Source of the DNA: Gammaproteobacteria bacterium | GTDB taxonomy: Bacteria > Pseudomonadota > Gammaproteobacteria > Pseudomonadales > Azotimanducaceae | NCBI GenBank assembly: GCA_030428905.1 | Contig: JAUIED010000084.1 | Location: 1 to 18,046 of the forward strand | DNA: 18,046 nt | Direction: 5' to 3' | Shown: piece by piece, positions 1-7,478 of the stretch | Layout: each line of letters starts with the position of its first letter | Position numbering within the stretch: the first letter of the stretch is position 1 | The notes under the pieces: model-generated | What the model saw: the letters and a program-made list of their open reading frames with translations, nothing else | Told to the model about the DNA's origin: nothing | Databases searched by the model: none | Made by a program: the position numbers and the translations under genes

Positions 1-290
1 TGCAACTGGCGGCACTCGCATCCACTTGTTGGATGTGTGCCGGATAGCAGCAACGAAGAGCTCGGCTCGATACTTCTGGCCGTGCCTCGCGCTGCCGAAC
101 GGTGCAGGTGTGCTGGTGCTTGTTTGTCCCAGCAACTGGTGAGCTGCGGAGAGCTCTTCGTTCAGCGCCTGGCGATTATTCGTGGGCCTTGAAGTCGCAG
201 CGCGTGACGCCGCTGGCCAGATTGTGTGGCGAACCGTACCAGGCGCAGCTGAGTGCTGCTCTTTTCGAACAATGGAGTTAGGAGATAGTC

Positions 291-1430
291 ATGTTCAGAT
301 CAACGATTCGCGTTGCCCAGTGGCAGCGGGTGTTGTGGTACCGCGATGGCAACCTGATGGGTGTTTTGCGGCCGGGTCGCCACGTTTTCTGGCGTCGCGT
401 CCGCCATCTGCGCTTAGAGTCCTTTGACATCTCCGAGGGCTTGGCAGAGCTGGCTAACGCTGCGTACCTTGCCCGTGCCCATAGCGATATGCTCCGCGAG
501 CACCTTGACCTTTATGAAATCGGCGAAAAGCAAGCGGGGTTCGTATTCGTCAACCATCAGCTGACACGCCTGGCTCTGCCTGGGGAGGTGGTTGCGCTGT
601 GGAAGGAAAGCGTCGACACGGCGATCGAGATCGTTGAGGTGGACGCTGACCTGGCAGTCGCCGATCGCTGGGTGCGTGCGATCAATCGCAGCGGTGCCAC
701 AGTTTCGTTGGAACGGTTGAGCAAGGCGCTCTATCCGGTGGCGGTGGACCAGGGACACGAAGCGATTGTGATCGTCGACGGCCAGATCAACCGCACGCTT
801 GGCCCGGGACGCTATGCCTTCTGGAAGCTCGGCCATGAGATTGTGGCGCTGTCGGTGGACAAGCGCATTCAGGAGATCGAGATCAACGGTCAGGAAATTC
901 TGACCAGGGATCGCGTGTCGCTGCGGGTCAATGCATCGCTGCACTTCCGGATCAACGATGCGACCCGAGCGGTGGTGGATCTACCGGATGTCCACGGCTT
1001 GGCATACCGGGCTGTGCAGTTCGCACTGCGGCGAACCATCGGTGCGCTCCTGCTGGACGAGCTGCTCGTGGACAAATCAAAGCTGGGCGAGGATGTGCTT
1101 GCGGACGTGGCCCGGTCGCTTGCGGATGCGGGGGTGGCGGTGTCGATGGTCGGTATCAAGGACATCATCCTGCCGGGTGAGATGAAGACGATTCTGAACC
1201 GGGTTGTCGAGGCGGAGAAGCTGGCTGAAGCGAATGCGATTCGCCGGAGAGACGAGACGCAGAGCGTTCGTGCGCTTGCCAATACTGCTCGTCAGCTCGA
1301 AGGCAATGCGATGATGGCGCGATTGAAGGAGCTGGAGGCATTGCAGAGCGTGGTGTCCAGTATCGGTACGCTGAATGTCTATAACGGCTTGGACGGTATG
1401 ATGGATCAGCTGGTGCGGTTGAAGGGATAG
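291..1430 (+). CDS. SPFH/band-7 (stomatin/prohibitin/flotillin/HflK-C superfamily) protein, cytoplasmic type without an N-terminal TM helix. It has an extra N-terminal region and a C-terminal coiled-coil-like tail.
   Basis: 379-aa ORF. ATG at 291 is preceded by taGGAGatagtc. Residues ~150-330 carry the SPFH pattern (EAIVIVDGQINRTLGPGRYAFW...VDKRIQEIEINGQEILTRDRVSLRVNASLHFRINDA...IKDIILPGEM) followed by a Glu/Ala/Leu-rich heptad tail (EAEKLAEANAIRRRDETQ...LKELEALQ). No hydrophobic N-terminal segment. GC3-rich codon usage throughout. Confidence 0.8.
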   Translation: MFRSTIRVAQWQRVLWYRDGNLMGVLRPGRHVFWRRVRHLRLESFDISEGLAELANAAYLARAHSDMLREHLDLYEIGEKQAGFVFVNHQLTRLALPGEVVALWKESVDTAIEIVEVDADLAVADRWVRAINRSGATVSLERLSKALYPVAVDQGHEAIVIVDGQINRTLGPGRYAFWKLGHEIVALSVDKRIQEIEINGQEILTRDRVSLRVNASLHFRINDATRAVVDLPDVHGLAYRAVQFALRRTIGALLLDELLVDKSKLGEDVLADVARSLADAGVAVSMVGIKDIILPGEMKTILNRVVEAEKLAEANAIRRRDETQSVRALANTARQLEGNAMMARLKELEALQSVVSSIGTLNVYNGLDGMMDQLVRLKG

Positions 1431-1479
1431 CCTGGCGGCGACCCGCTGAGCGAGGGCATTAGCAACGCGGAGGCAGAAG

Positions 1480-1920
1480 ATGAGTGCGCCCAGGTACGTG
1501 TTTGATCTCGATGGTACGCTGGCCCTGGTGGACCATCGCCGCGATCTGTTGGAGGGTGAGCGGCCCGATTGGCACAGCTTCAACAAAGCATCGCTGTTTG
1601 ATACGCCCAACGAGCCGGTTGTCCAGGTATTGCGCGCGCTGTTCGAAACAGGATTCGAAATCTGGATCGTCAGCGCCCGCAGCGATTCGGCAGAGCGAGA
1701 GACCCGAGGTTGGCTTGCCAAGTATTCAGTGCCGTACCACCGGCTGCTGATGCGCTCCGCGGCGGATCACCGTGCAGACGCAATTCTCAAGCATGAGTGG
1801 GCGGTTAAGTACGATTTCGAAAACTCGGTACTTGCCGTGTTTGACGATCGGAGTTCGGTGGTTGCCATGTGGCGGAGCCTGGGAATTCCCTGTTTTCAGG
1901 TAGCCGACGGCAATTTCTGA
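1480..1920 (+). CDS. HAD-superfamily phosphatase related to the 3'-phosphatase domain of T4 polynucleotide kinase/phosphatase (Pnkp), stand-alone.
   Basis: 146-aa ORF with RBS GGAGG 6 nt upstream of ATG 1480. HAD motif I DLDGTL near the N-terminus (VFDLDGTLA). C-terminal DDRSSVVAMWRSLGIPCFQVADGNF resembles the T4 Pnkp phosphatase-domain C-terminus (..[25 protein letters not shown]) as I remember it. Lies 49 bp downstream of the SPFH gene, so likely co-transcribed. Confidence 0.7.
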   Translation: MSAPRYVFDLDGTLALVDHRRDLLEGERPDWHSFNKASLFDTPNEPVVQVLRALFETGFEIWIVSARSDSAERETRGWLAKYSVPYHRLLMRSAADHRADAILKHEWAVKYDFENSVLAVFDDRSSVVAMWRSLGIPCFQVADGNF

Positions 1921-2005
1921 TCGATAAGGTATGAGATGCCGTAGCCATCTGGGAACCTCTCAGCAACAATGCGCTCCAACTACAGCGCAGTAACCCGGCC
2001 CGTTG

Positions 2006-2944
2006 ATGAATTCTCCACTGTCACTGTTACCCTTTCAGGACCTCAACCACACCGCGGCGGGCGAGCCGCGCGCATCGGTGCGCTTTGCCGGCTTGCGCAC
2101 CCTGTGGTTCAACACCGGCACCCTGTGCAACCTCACGTGCAGCAACTGCTACATCGAGTCGTCGCCCAGCAACGATCGGCTGGTGTATTTGAGCGCAGAC
2201 GAAGTGCGCGAGTTTATGGATGAAATTCCGGGGGAAGCGCGCGGTTCGGTGGAGATCGGTTTCACCGGCGGCGAGCCGTTCATGAATCCGCAGTTCATCG
2301 ACATGCTCGACGAAGCGCTTTCGCGGGGGCACCCGGTGCTCGTGCTCACCAATGCCATGCGGCCGATGATGAAGTGCGCGGAGTCGCTGCTGGGGCTGCG
2401 GCAGCGATTTGGTGCGCAGCTCAAGATCCGCGTGTCGATTGATCACCACGATCAGGCCGTACACGAGGAGGAGCGCGGGCGACGAAGCTGGCGGCCGATG
2501 CTCAAGGGTTTGCAGTGGTTGGCCGAGCACGGCTTTGCGCTGGATATCGCTGCGCGCACCCGTTGGGGGGACGAGGAGGGTGATCTGCGTGCCGGGTTCG
2601 CAGGCTTGTTTGCCGCGCATGACGTGCCCGTGGATGCGCAAGACCCGCAGCGTCTGGTGCTGTTTCCGGAGATGGACCCGGAAGCGGTGGTGCCGGAGAT
2701 CACGACTGCCTGCTGGGGAATTCTTGGTGTGCAACCCGAGAGCATGATGTGCGCAAGCTCCCGCATGGTGGTCAAGCGTCGCGGTGCGGAGCGGCCGGCG
2801 GTGCTTGCCTGCACGTTGCTGCCGTACGATCCCCGCTTTGAGCTCGGCGGCACGCTTGCTGAGGCGACGGCGCGAGACGTGCCGCTTGCGCACCGGCACT
2901 GTGCCAGGTTCTGTGTTCTGGGCGGCGGCTCCTGCTCTGCTTGA
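2006..2944 (+). CDS. Radical SAM protein with a C-terminal Cys-rich domain (ArsS-like 'radical SAM/Cys-rich domain' family).
   Basis: CxxxCxxC radical SAM motif (CNLTCSNCY) ~45 aa from the start, followed by GGEP (FTGGEPFMNP). C-terminal third is Cys-rich (CWG...MMCASS...LACTLL...HRHCARFCVLGGGSCSA). N-terminal layout (F..L....R...L..LQ/WxNxGxLCN) matches what I recall of ArsS-type proteins. The start could instead be TTG 2003; no strong RBS is visible. Confidence 0.6.
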   Translation: MNSPLSLLPFQDLNHTAAGEPRASVRFAGLRTLWFNTGTLCNLTCSNCYIESSPSNDRLVYLSADEVREFMDEIPGEARGSVEIGFTGGEPFMNPQFIDMLDEALSRGHPVLVLTNAMRPMMKCAESLLGLRQRFGAQLKIRVSIDHHDQAVHEEERGRRSWRPMLKGLQWLAEHGFALDIAARTRWGDEEGDLRAGFAGLFAAHDVPVDAQDPQRLVLFPEMDPEAVVPEITTACWGILGVQPESMMCASSRMVVKRRGAERPAVLACTLLPYDPRFELGGTLAEATARDVPLAHRHCARFCVLGGGSCSA

Positions 2945-3049
2945 ACGCATCGTGCGTGTGGCGTGCGGGCGGATCTGGCGTACGGGTGGATAGTGTCGCG
3001 CGGGATCGTGGGGGTTAGGATCGTAGCGTCAGCCTCTGGAGGAAAGCCC

Positions 3050-3493
3050 ATGTCTGATCGACCCTTCATCTCTCGCCCTGAGGACCGGCCGCAGCCGCTC
3101 AACGTCATTGGCACCAGCATTGTCGTGCTGGCGACGCCGGAGCAGGCGCGCGACCAGCAGATCACCCTGCAGTCCGGCGACGAGGGCACCGGTCCGCCGC
3201 CGCACAGTCATGCCTGGGACGAGTCGTTCTACGTTACCCGCGGGGTGGTGCATTTCGTTTGCGATGGGGAGGCCGTCGCCTGTGGGCCCGGCACGCTGGT
3301 GCATGTGCCCGCGGGAACCGTGCACGCGTTTCAGTACGGCGCAGGGGGTGGTGAGATGCTCGAGTTCACCGGCAAACAGAGCCGTGCAGTGGAGCTTTTT
3401 ACGGCGCTCGATGCGGAGATTCCGTCCGGCCCGCCGGATGTGGATCAGGTGGTGGGTGTGTTGGCCCGCAACGGCGTCGCGACGCACCTGTGA
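3050..3493 (+). CDS. Small cupin-domain protein (147 aa).
   Basis: ATG 3050 is preceded by GGAGGAaagccc; the longer ORF from 2963 lacks an RBS. Cupin metal-binding motifs G(x)5HxH...E (PPPHSHAWDESFYVTRGVV) and PxGxxH (VPAGTVHAF). GC3-rich. Confidence 0.7.
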   Translation: MSDRPFISRPEDRPQPLNVIGTSIVVLATPEQARDQQITLQSGDEGTGPPPHSHAWDESFYVTRGVVHFVCDGEAVACGPGTLVHVPAGTVHAFQYGAGGGEMLEFTGKQSRAVELFTALDAEIPSGPPDVDQVVGVLARNGVATHL

Positions 3494-3535
3494 CGCAATT
3501 GCCACCCGAACGGAAGTAGTATTCCGATTTTTGTC

Positions 3536-3562
3536 TAAAAATAGAACAAATAGTTCTATATC
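3536..3562. promoter_or_regulatory. AT-rich promoter/operator region upstream of hppD containing a perfect inverted repeat ATAGAAC-N5-GTTCTAT.
   Basis: 3541-3547 ATAGAAC and 3553-3559 GTTCTAT are exact reverse complements separated by AAATA. They sit in the only strongly AT-rich stretch (3520-3570) of a 164-bp intergenic region, ~100 bp upstream of the hppD start. Confidence 0.45.
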
Positions 3563-3657
3563 TGAGTGTTTTCGGGTTGATGAGGCAAGATCTACCCGCC
3601 GCGAAAGGCTAGCATCCTGTGCATTCTGCGCTGCGTGCGCGCCATAGGAGATCCTCC

Positions 3658-4725
3658 ATGCCAGACAACCCCATGGGTCTGAACGGTTTCGAGTTCGTCG
3701 AGTTTTCTGCCAGGGAGCCGGGTCAGCTCGAACCGGTGTTCGAGATGACCGGTTTTCAGCGCGTTGCCAAGCACCGCTCGAAAGACGTGCACCTGTGGCG
3801 CCAGGGCGACATCAATCTCATCATCAATTACGAGCCTAAGAGCGTTGCCTACTACCAGGCCGACGAGCACGGCCCCTGCGCCTGTGGCCTGGCCTTCCGG
3901 GTGGAAGATGCACACCACGCCTACAAGCGCGCACTGGAGCTCGGTGCGCAACCCATCGATATTCCCACCGGGCCCATGGAGTTGCGCCTGCCGGCCATTC
4001 GCGGCATCGGCGGCGCGCCGCTCTACCTCATCGACCGCTACAAGCCCGGTGCCAGCATCTACGACATCGATTTCGAATATCTCGATGGCGTAGATCCCTA
4101 TCCGAAGGGGCTGGGCCTCGAGGTGATCGATCATCTCACGCACAACGTGTACCGCGGCCGCATGGATCACTGGGCGGCGTTCTATGAGAAGCTCTTCAAC
4201 TTCCGCGAGATCCGCCACTTCGACATCCGCGGCCAGCAGACGGGCCTCACCTCGCGAGCGATGACCGCACCCGACAACCTGATTCGCATCCCCCTCAATG
4301 AGGAAGCTGGCGGCAACGGCCAGATCGAGGAGTTTCTCATGCAGTACAACGGCGAGGGTATTCAGCACATCGCCTTTGCCTGCGACGATCTGATCGGCGC
4401 GTGGGACCGCCTGCAGGCTCAGGGTGTGCCCTTCATGACGCCGCCACCCGATACCTACTACGACATGCTCGAAGAGCGCCTGCCCGGTCACGGTGAGCCG
4501 GTGGACGAACTGAAAAGCCGCGGTATCCTTCTCGATGGCAGCACCGAGGACGGTGCGCCGCGCCTGTTGCTGCAGATTTTCTCCGAGACGCTGATCGGGC
4601 CGATCTTTTTCGAGTTCATCCAACGTAAGCGCGACGAAGGCTTCGGCGAAGGAAATTTCCAGGCGCTGTTCGAATCCATGGAGCGCGACCAGCTTCGGCG
4701 TGGCGCGCTCGACAAGACGGGCTGA
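3658..4725 (+). CDS. hppD: 4-hydroxyphenylpyruvate dioxygenase.
   Basis: ATG 3658 with RBS GGAGatcctcc. N-terminus [16 protein letters not shown] and internal blocks ([59 protein letters not shown]) are the well-conserved HPPD signature. Two VOC-fold halves. The 5' extension from 3619 lacks an RBS. Confidence 0.9.
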   Translation: MPDNPMGLNGFEFVEFSAREPGQLEPVFEMTGFQRVAKHRSKDVHLWRQGDINLIINYEPKSVAYYQADEHGPCACGLAFRVEDAHHAYKRALELGAQPIDIPTGPMELRLPAIRGIGGAPLYLIDRYKPGASIYDIDFEYLDGVDPYPKGLGLEVIDHLTHNVYRGRMDHWAAFYEKLFNFREIRHFDIRGQQTGLTSRAMTAPDNLIRIPLNEEAGGNGQIEEFLMQYNGEGIQHIAFACDDLIGAWDRLQAQGVPFMTPPPDTYYDMLEERLPGHGEPVDELKSRGILLDGSTEDGAPRLLLQIFSETLIGPIFFEFIQRKRDEGFGEGNFQALFESMERDQLRRGALDKTG

Positions 4726-4734
4726 GCGTAGCGT

Positions 4735-5274
4735 ATGAAGATCAAACAGATTCACCACGTGGCCTACCGGTGCCGCGATGCCAAAGAAACCGTGGCGTTT
4801 TACCGAGATGTGCTCGGCATGGACTACCTGTTGGCGTTTGCCGAGAACGAGGTGCCGAGCACGAAAGAGCCGGACCCTTACATGCACGTGTTTCTCGATG
4901 CGGGTGACGGCAACGTGCTCGCGTTTTTCGAGCTGCCCAACTCGCCCGACATGGGGCGTGACCCTAACACGCCGGAGTGGGTGCAGCACATTGCGCTGGC
5001 GCTCGAGACCCACGAGGAGCTTCTCAACGCCAAACGCGATCTCGAATCGCAAGGCATAGACGTGCTCGGCCCTATCGATCACGGCCTGTTCGATTCCATC
5101 TACTTCTTCGATCCCAACGGTCACCGGCTGGAGTTTGCAGTTGACAAGGGATCCGATGCCGACCGAGCGCGCGCCCGGTCGGTGGCAGACGAGATGCTGG
5201 AAGAGTGGAGCCGCACCAAACGCGCGCCGCGCCAGGCAGCATGGCTGCACGAGAGCGAGTTGCAGGGGCATTGA
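4735..5274 (+). CDS. VOC-family (glyoxalase / bleomycin-resistance / extradiol-dioxygenase fold) protein, 179 aa, function unknown. It sits where hmgA would be expected in a tyrosine-degradation cluster.
   Basis: ATG 4735 is 9 bp after the hppD stop. N-terminus KQIHHVAYRCRDAKETVAFYRDVLGM is the typical first beta-alpha-beta-beta-beta module of VOC proteins; a second module begins at WVQHIALALE. His/Glu candidates for metal binding are present (H8, H51, E66, H85, E134). Its stop overlaps the probable fahA start. Confidence 0.7.
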   Translation: MKIKQIHHVAYRCRDAKETVAFYRDVLGMDYLLAFAENEVPSTKEPDPYMHVFLDAGDGNVLAFFELPNSPDMGRDPNTPEWVQHIALALETHEELLNAKRDLESQGIDVLGPIDHGLFDSIYFFDPNGHRLEFAVDKGSDADRARARSVADEMLEEWSRTKRAPRQAAWLHESELQGH

Positions 5275-6572
5275 ACGAGACCCACAATCCCACACGCCGC
5301 AGTTGGCTTGCTTCCGCCAACCTGCCGGGTGCGGCGTTCCCCATCCAGAACCTGCCGTTTGCCGTGCTGCGGCGCCGCGAAGGCAGCGAGCGGTATCGTC
5401 CTGCGGTTGCCGTCGGCGATCAGGCGCTGGACCTGGCGGCACTGGCAGCCAGCGGTGTGGCGCGGCTGGCGGCGTTGGATGCCTGTCGCGATGGTCCGCT
5501 GAATGATCTCATGGCGAGCGGCCCCTCGGCGTGGAGCGCGTTGCGCGCGCTGCTGAGCGATCTGCTGCAGGCGGGCAGCGCGCATCAGCAAACCGTGGAG
5601 CGCTGCCTCATCCCGTTGGCAAACGTCGAGTTCGATGTTCCGGCGCGCATCGGCGATTACACCGATTTCTACACCTCCATTCACCACGCCACCAACATCG
5701 GTCGCCTGTTCCGGCCAGACAACCCGTTGCTGCCCAACTACCGATGGGTGCCCATCGGCTATCACGGCCGCAGCTCGTCCATCGGTGTCAGCGACCAGGC
5801 GTTTGTTCGGCCGCGCGGGCAGATCATGCCGGCGGGTGCGGAACAACCGGTGCTTGCGCCCTGTCAGCGCCTCGACTACGAGCTTGAGGTGGGCGTGTTC
5901 ATTGGCCAGGGCAATGCGTTGGGGCAGCCCGTCGAAATGGCGCAGGCTGAGGAGCATATTTTTGGACTGTGCCTGCTCAACGACTGGTCTGCCCGCGACG
6001 TTCAGGCCTGGGAGTATCAACCGCTCGGCCCCTTTCTCGCCAAGAGCTTTGCCACCACCATCTCACCGTGGATCGTTACCATGGAAGCTCTGCAACCATT
6101 TCGCAGCCCCTGGTTGCGCGCGGCAGGCGAACCTGGTGCGTTGCCGTATCTCGCGAGCGACGCCAACGATGCGGCGGGTGCTATCGACCTGCAGCTTGAG
6201 GTGGCGCTGCAGACCGCGCGCATGCGCTCGCAGGGAGAAGCGCCGGTGACGTTGTCGCGCAGTAACCTCACCGACGCCTACTGGACGGTGGCGCAGCTTG
6301 TTGCCCACCACACGGTCAGCGGCTGCAACCTGCAGCCGGGCGATTTGTTCGGTACCGGCACCATGTCGGGTGCCAGCGCCGGTAGCGAGGGTGCGCTCAT
6401 CGAGATCACACGTGGTGGTGCAGAGCCGCTCACGCTGCCAAACGGTGAGGTGCGTACGTTTCTCGAAGACGGCGATACCGTCATCCTTCGGGGCGAATGC
6501 GTCCGCGCGGGCCAGGTGAGCATCGGCTTCGGCGAAGCGGTCGGCACGGTCCTGCCAGCGCTCGTGCCCTGA
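5271..6572 (+). CDS. fahA: Fumarylacetoacetase (fumarylacetoacetate hydrolase).
   Basis: Strong FAH family signatures: SWLASAN..FPIQNLPFAV, DYTDFYTSIHHATNIGRLFR, GYHGRSSSI, DYELEVGVFIG, LLNDWSARDVQAWEYQPLGPFLAKSF, GDLFGTGTMSG. Start is uncertain. TTG 5271 (overlapping the VOC stop as TTGA, with AGGGG 2 nt upstream) gives an N-terminal length matching known FahA. ATG 5241 is the alternative and would overlap the VOC gene by 34 nt. Confidence 0.85.
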   Translation: MNETHNPTRRSWLASANLPGAAFPIQNLPFAVLRRREGSERYRPAVAVGDQALDLAALAASGVARLAALDACRDGPLNDLMASGPSAWSALRALLSDLLQAGSAHQQTVERCLIPLANVEFDVPARIGDYTDFYTSIHHATNIGRLFRPDNPLLPNYRWVPIGYHGRSSSIGVSDQAFVRPRGQIMPAGAEQPVLAPCQRLDYELEVGVFIGQGNALGQPVEMAQAEEHIFGLCLLNDWSARDVQAWEYQPLGPFLAKSFATTISPWIVTMEALQPFRSPWLRAAGEPGALPYLASDANDAAGAIDLQLEVALQTARMRSQGEAPVTLSRSNLTDAYWTVAQLVAHHTVSGCNLQPGDLFGTGTMSGASAGSEGALIEITRGGAEPLTLPNGEVRTFLEDGDTVILRGECVRAGQVSIGFGEAVGTVLPALVP

Positions 6573-6590
6573 TTGCTCGACGGCGAAGCT

Positions 6591-6610
6591 GGTGCATGTC
6601 ACATTGCACC
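6591..6610. promoter_or_regulatory. Imperfect 20-bp palindrome/hairpin (GGTGCATGTcACATTGCACC) in the fahA-LLM intergenic spacer.
   Basis: GGTGCA (6591-6596) and TGCACC (6605-6610) are reverse complements flanking the internal palindrome ATGTcACAT. Located 18 bp after the fahA stop and 23 bp before the LLM start. No U-tract follows, so it is probably not an intrinsic terminator. Confidence 0.3.
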
Positions 6611-6632
6611 GATTGCCAGTTTGGAGAGCGCT

Positions 6633-7478
6633 ATGGAAGTAGGTCTGTCGACATTTCCCACGGCTTACGCTATCAGTGCGGTTGATCTTGCGCGGGAAGC
6701 CGAGGCTCGCGGATTCTCGGCATTGTGGGTGGTGGAACACACGCACGTGCCCGCTTCACGACGCACACCCTATCCCATGGGCGGTGAGCTACCGAGCATC
6801 TACTGCGAGTCGTTTGAGCCCTTTACTTATCTTGCTCAGGTTGCTGCGGTTACCGAACGGCTCAAAGTGGGCACCGGTATCTGCCTGGTGCCTGAACATC
6901 ACCCCATTGCACTCGCCAAGCGCGCCGCGAGCCTCGATGTGCTGTCCGGAGGACGTTTCCTCTTTGGTGTAGGTGCGGGGTGGCTTGCGGAGGAGCTGGA
7001 GAACCACGGCGTGGCGTATGAGGAGCGCTGGCAGGTGCTGCGCGAGCATGTGCTCGCCATGCAGGCGTGCTGGACGCAGCGAGATGCCGAGTTCCACGGC
7101 AACTATGTGGACTTCGATCCGGTTTGGGTGGAGCCGAAACCGGTATCCAGGCCGCACCCGCCGGTGTACGTGGGCGCAACCTCCACCTGGGCCATGGGTC
7201 GCATCGCCGAGTATGCGCAGGGCTGGTACCCGGTGCACGTGCCGGAGTTCGACGAGCGTCTGACGATGCTGGCGGAGGAATGCGCCAAGCGCGGTCGGAG
7301 CGTGGAAGAGATCGATATCGCGCTGCTCACCCAGCCGTCGAGCGCCGATCAGCTAGCTGCACTGCGTGACAAAGGGGTGAACAGCGTCGTGCTGTCGTTG
7401 CCAACGCTCGATCGCGACGCGAGCCTCGCGGTGCTCGACGGCTACGCCGCGATCGTTGAGTGGGCGCAGTCCGTTTAG
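6633..7478 (+). CDS. LLM-class (bacterial luciferase-like) flavin- or F420-dependent oxidoreductase, Rv2161c-like subfamily.
   Basis: ATG 6633 with RBS tGGAGagcgct. N-terminus MEVGLSTFPT is typical for LLM proteins, followed by a TIM-barrel pattern (GFSALWVVEHTH, GTGICLVPEHHP, RFLFGVGAGW). The extension from 6573 lacks an RBS. Confidence 0.75.
   Translation: MEVGLSTFPTAYAISAVDLAREAEARGFSALWVVEHTHVPASRRTPYPMGGELPSIYCESFEPFTYLAQVAAVTERLKVGTGICLVPEHHPIALAKRAASLDVLSGGRFLFGVGAGWLAEELENHGVAYEERWQVLREHVLAMQACWTQRDAEFHGNYVDFDPVWVEPKPVSRPHPPVYVGATSTWAMGRIAEYAQGWYPVHVPEFDERLTMLAEECAKRGRSVEEIDIALLTQPSSADQLAALRDKGVNSVVLSLPTLDRDASLAVLDGYAAIVEWAQSV

Noticed and set aside
1-290. Open frames running through the first 290 bp: plus-frame 1 ends at 186; a minus-strand frame is open from ~285 to the window edge; tracked ORF 182-427.
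   Set aside because: GC3 content of these frames (~55-60%) is well below that of the confirmed genes (>80%). No RBS-linked start and no recognisable protein motif. Treated as the promoter/leader region of the SPFH gene, although the 3' end of an upstream gene in 1-186 cannot be excluded.
1969-2223. 84-aa ORF overlapping the start of the radical SAM gene in another frame.
   Set aside because: Out of frame with the conserved CxxxCxxC/GGEP-containing protein. Arg/His/Pro-rich low-complexity translation. No RBS.
2963-3049. N-terminal extension of the cupin ORF (MRADLAYGWIVSRGIVGV...). Similar 5' extensions occur in the track for hppD (3619), LLM (6573), BLUF (to 7999), SDR (8013), SnoaL (8810), HPF-like (10098), BI-1 (10532), MFS (to 15566) and peptidase (15713).
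   Set aside because: In each case an internal ATG/GTG with a good Shine-Dalgarno sits at the position where the conserved family N-terminus begins. The extension has poor coding statistics or overlaps a neighbouring gene.
3592-5442. 616-aa ORF on the minus strand antisense to hppD, the VOC gene and fahA. Other long antisense ORFs of the same kind: 2027-2950(-), 5121-6020(-), 2452-3189(-), 1077-1721(-).
   Set aside because: Typical stop-codon-poor antisense frames of a high-GC genome. The sense-strand products have unmistakable family signatures, while the antisense translations are low-complexity Arg/Ala/Gly-rich with no motif.
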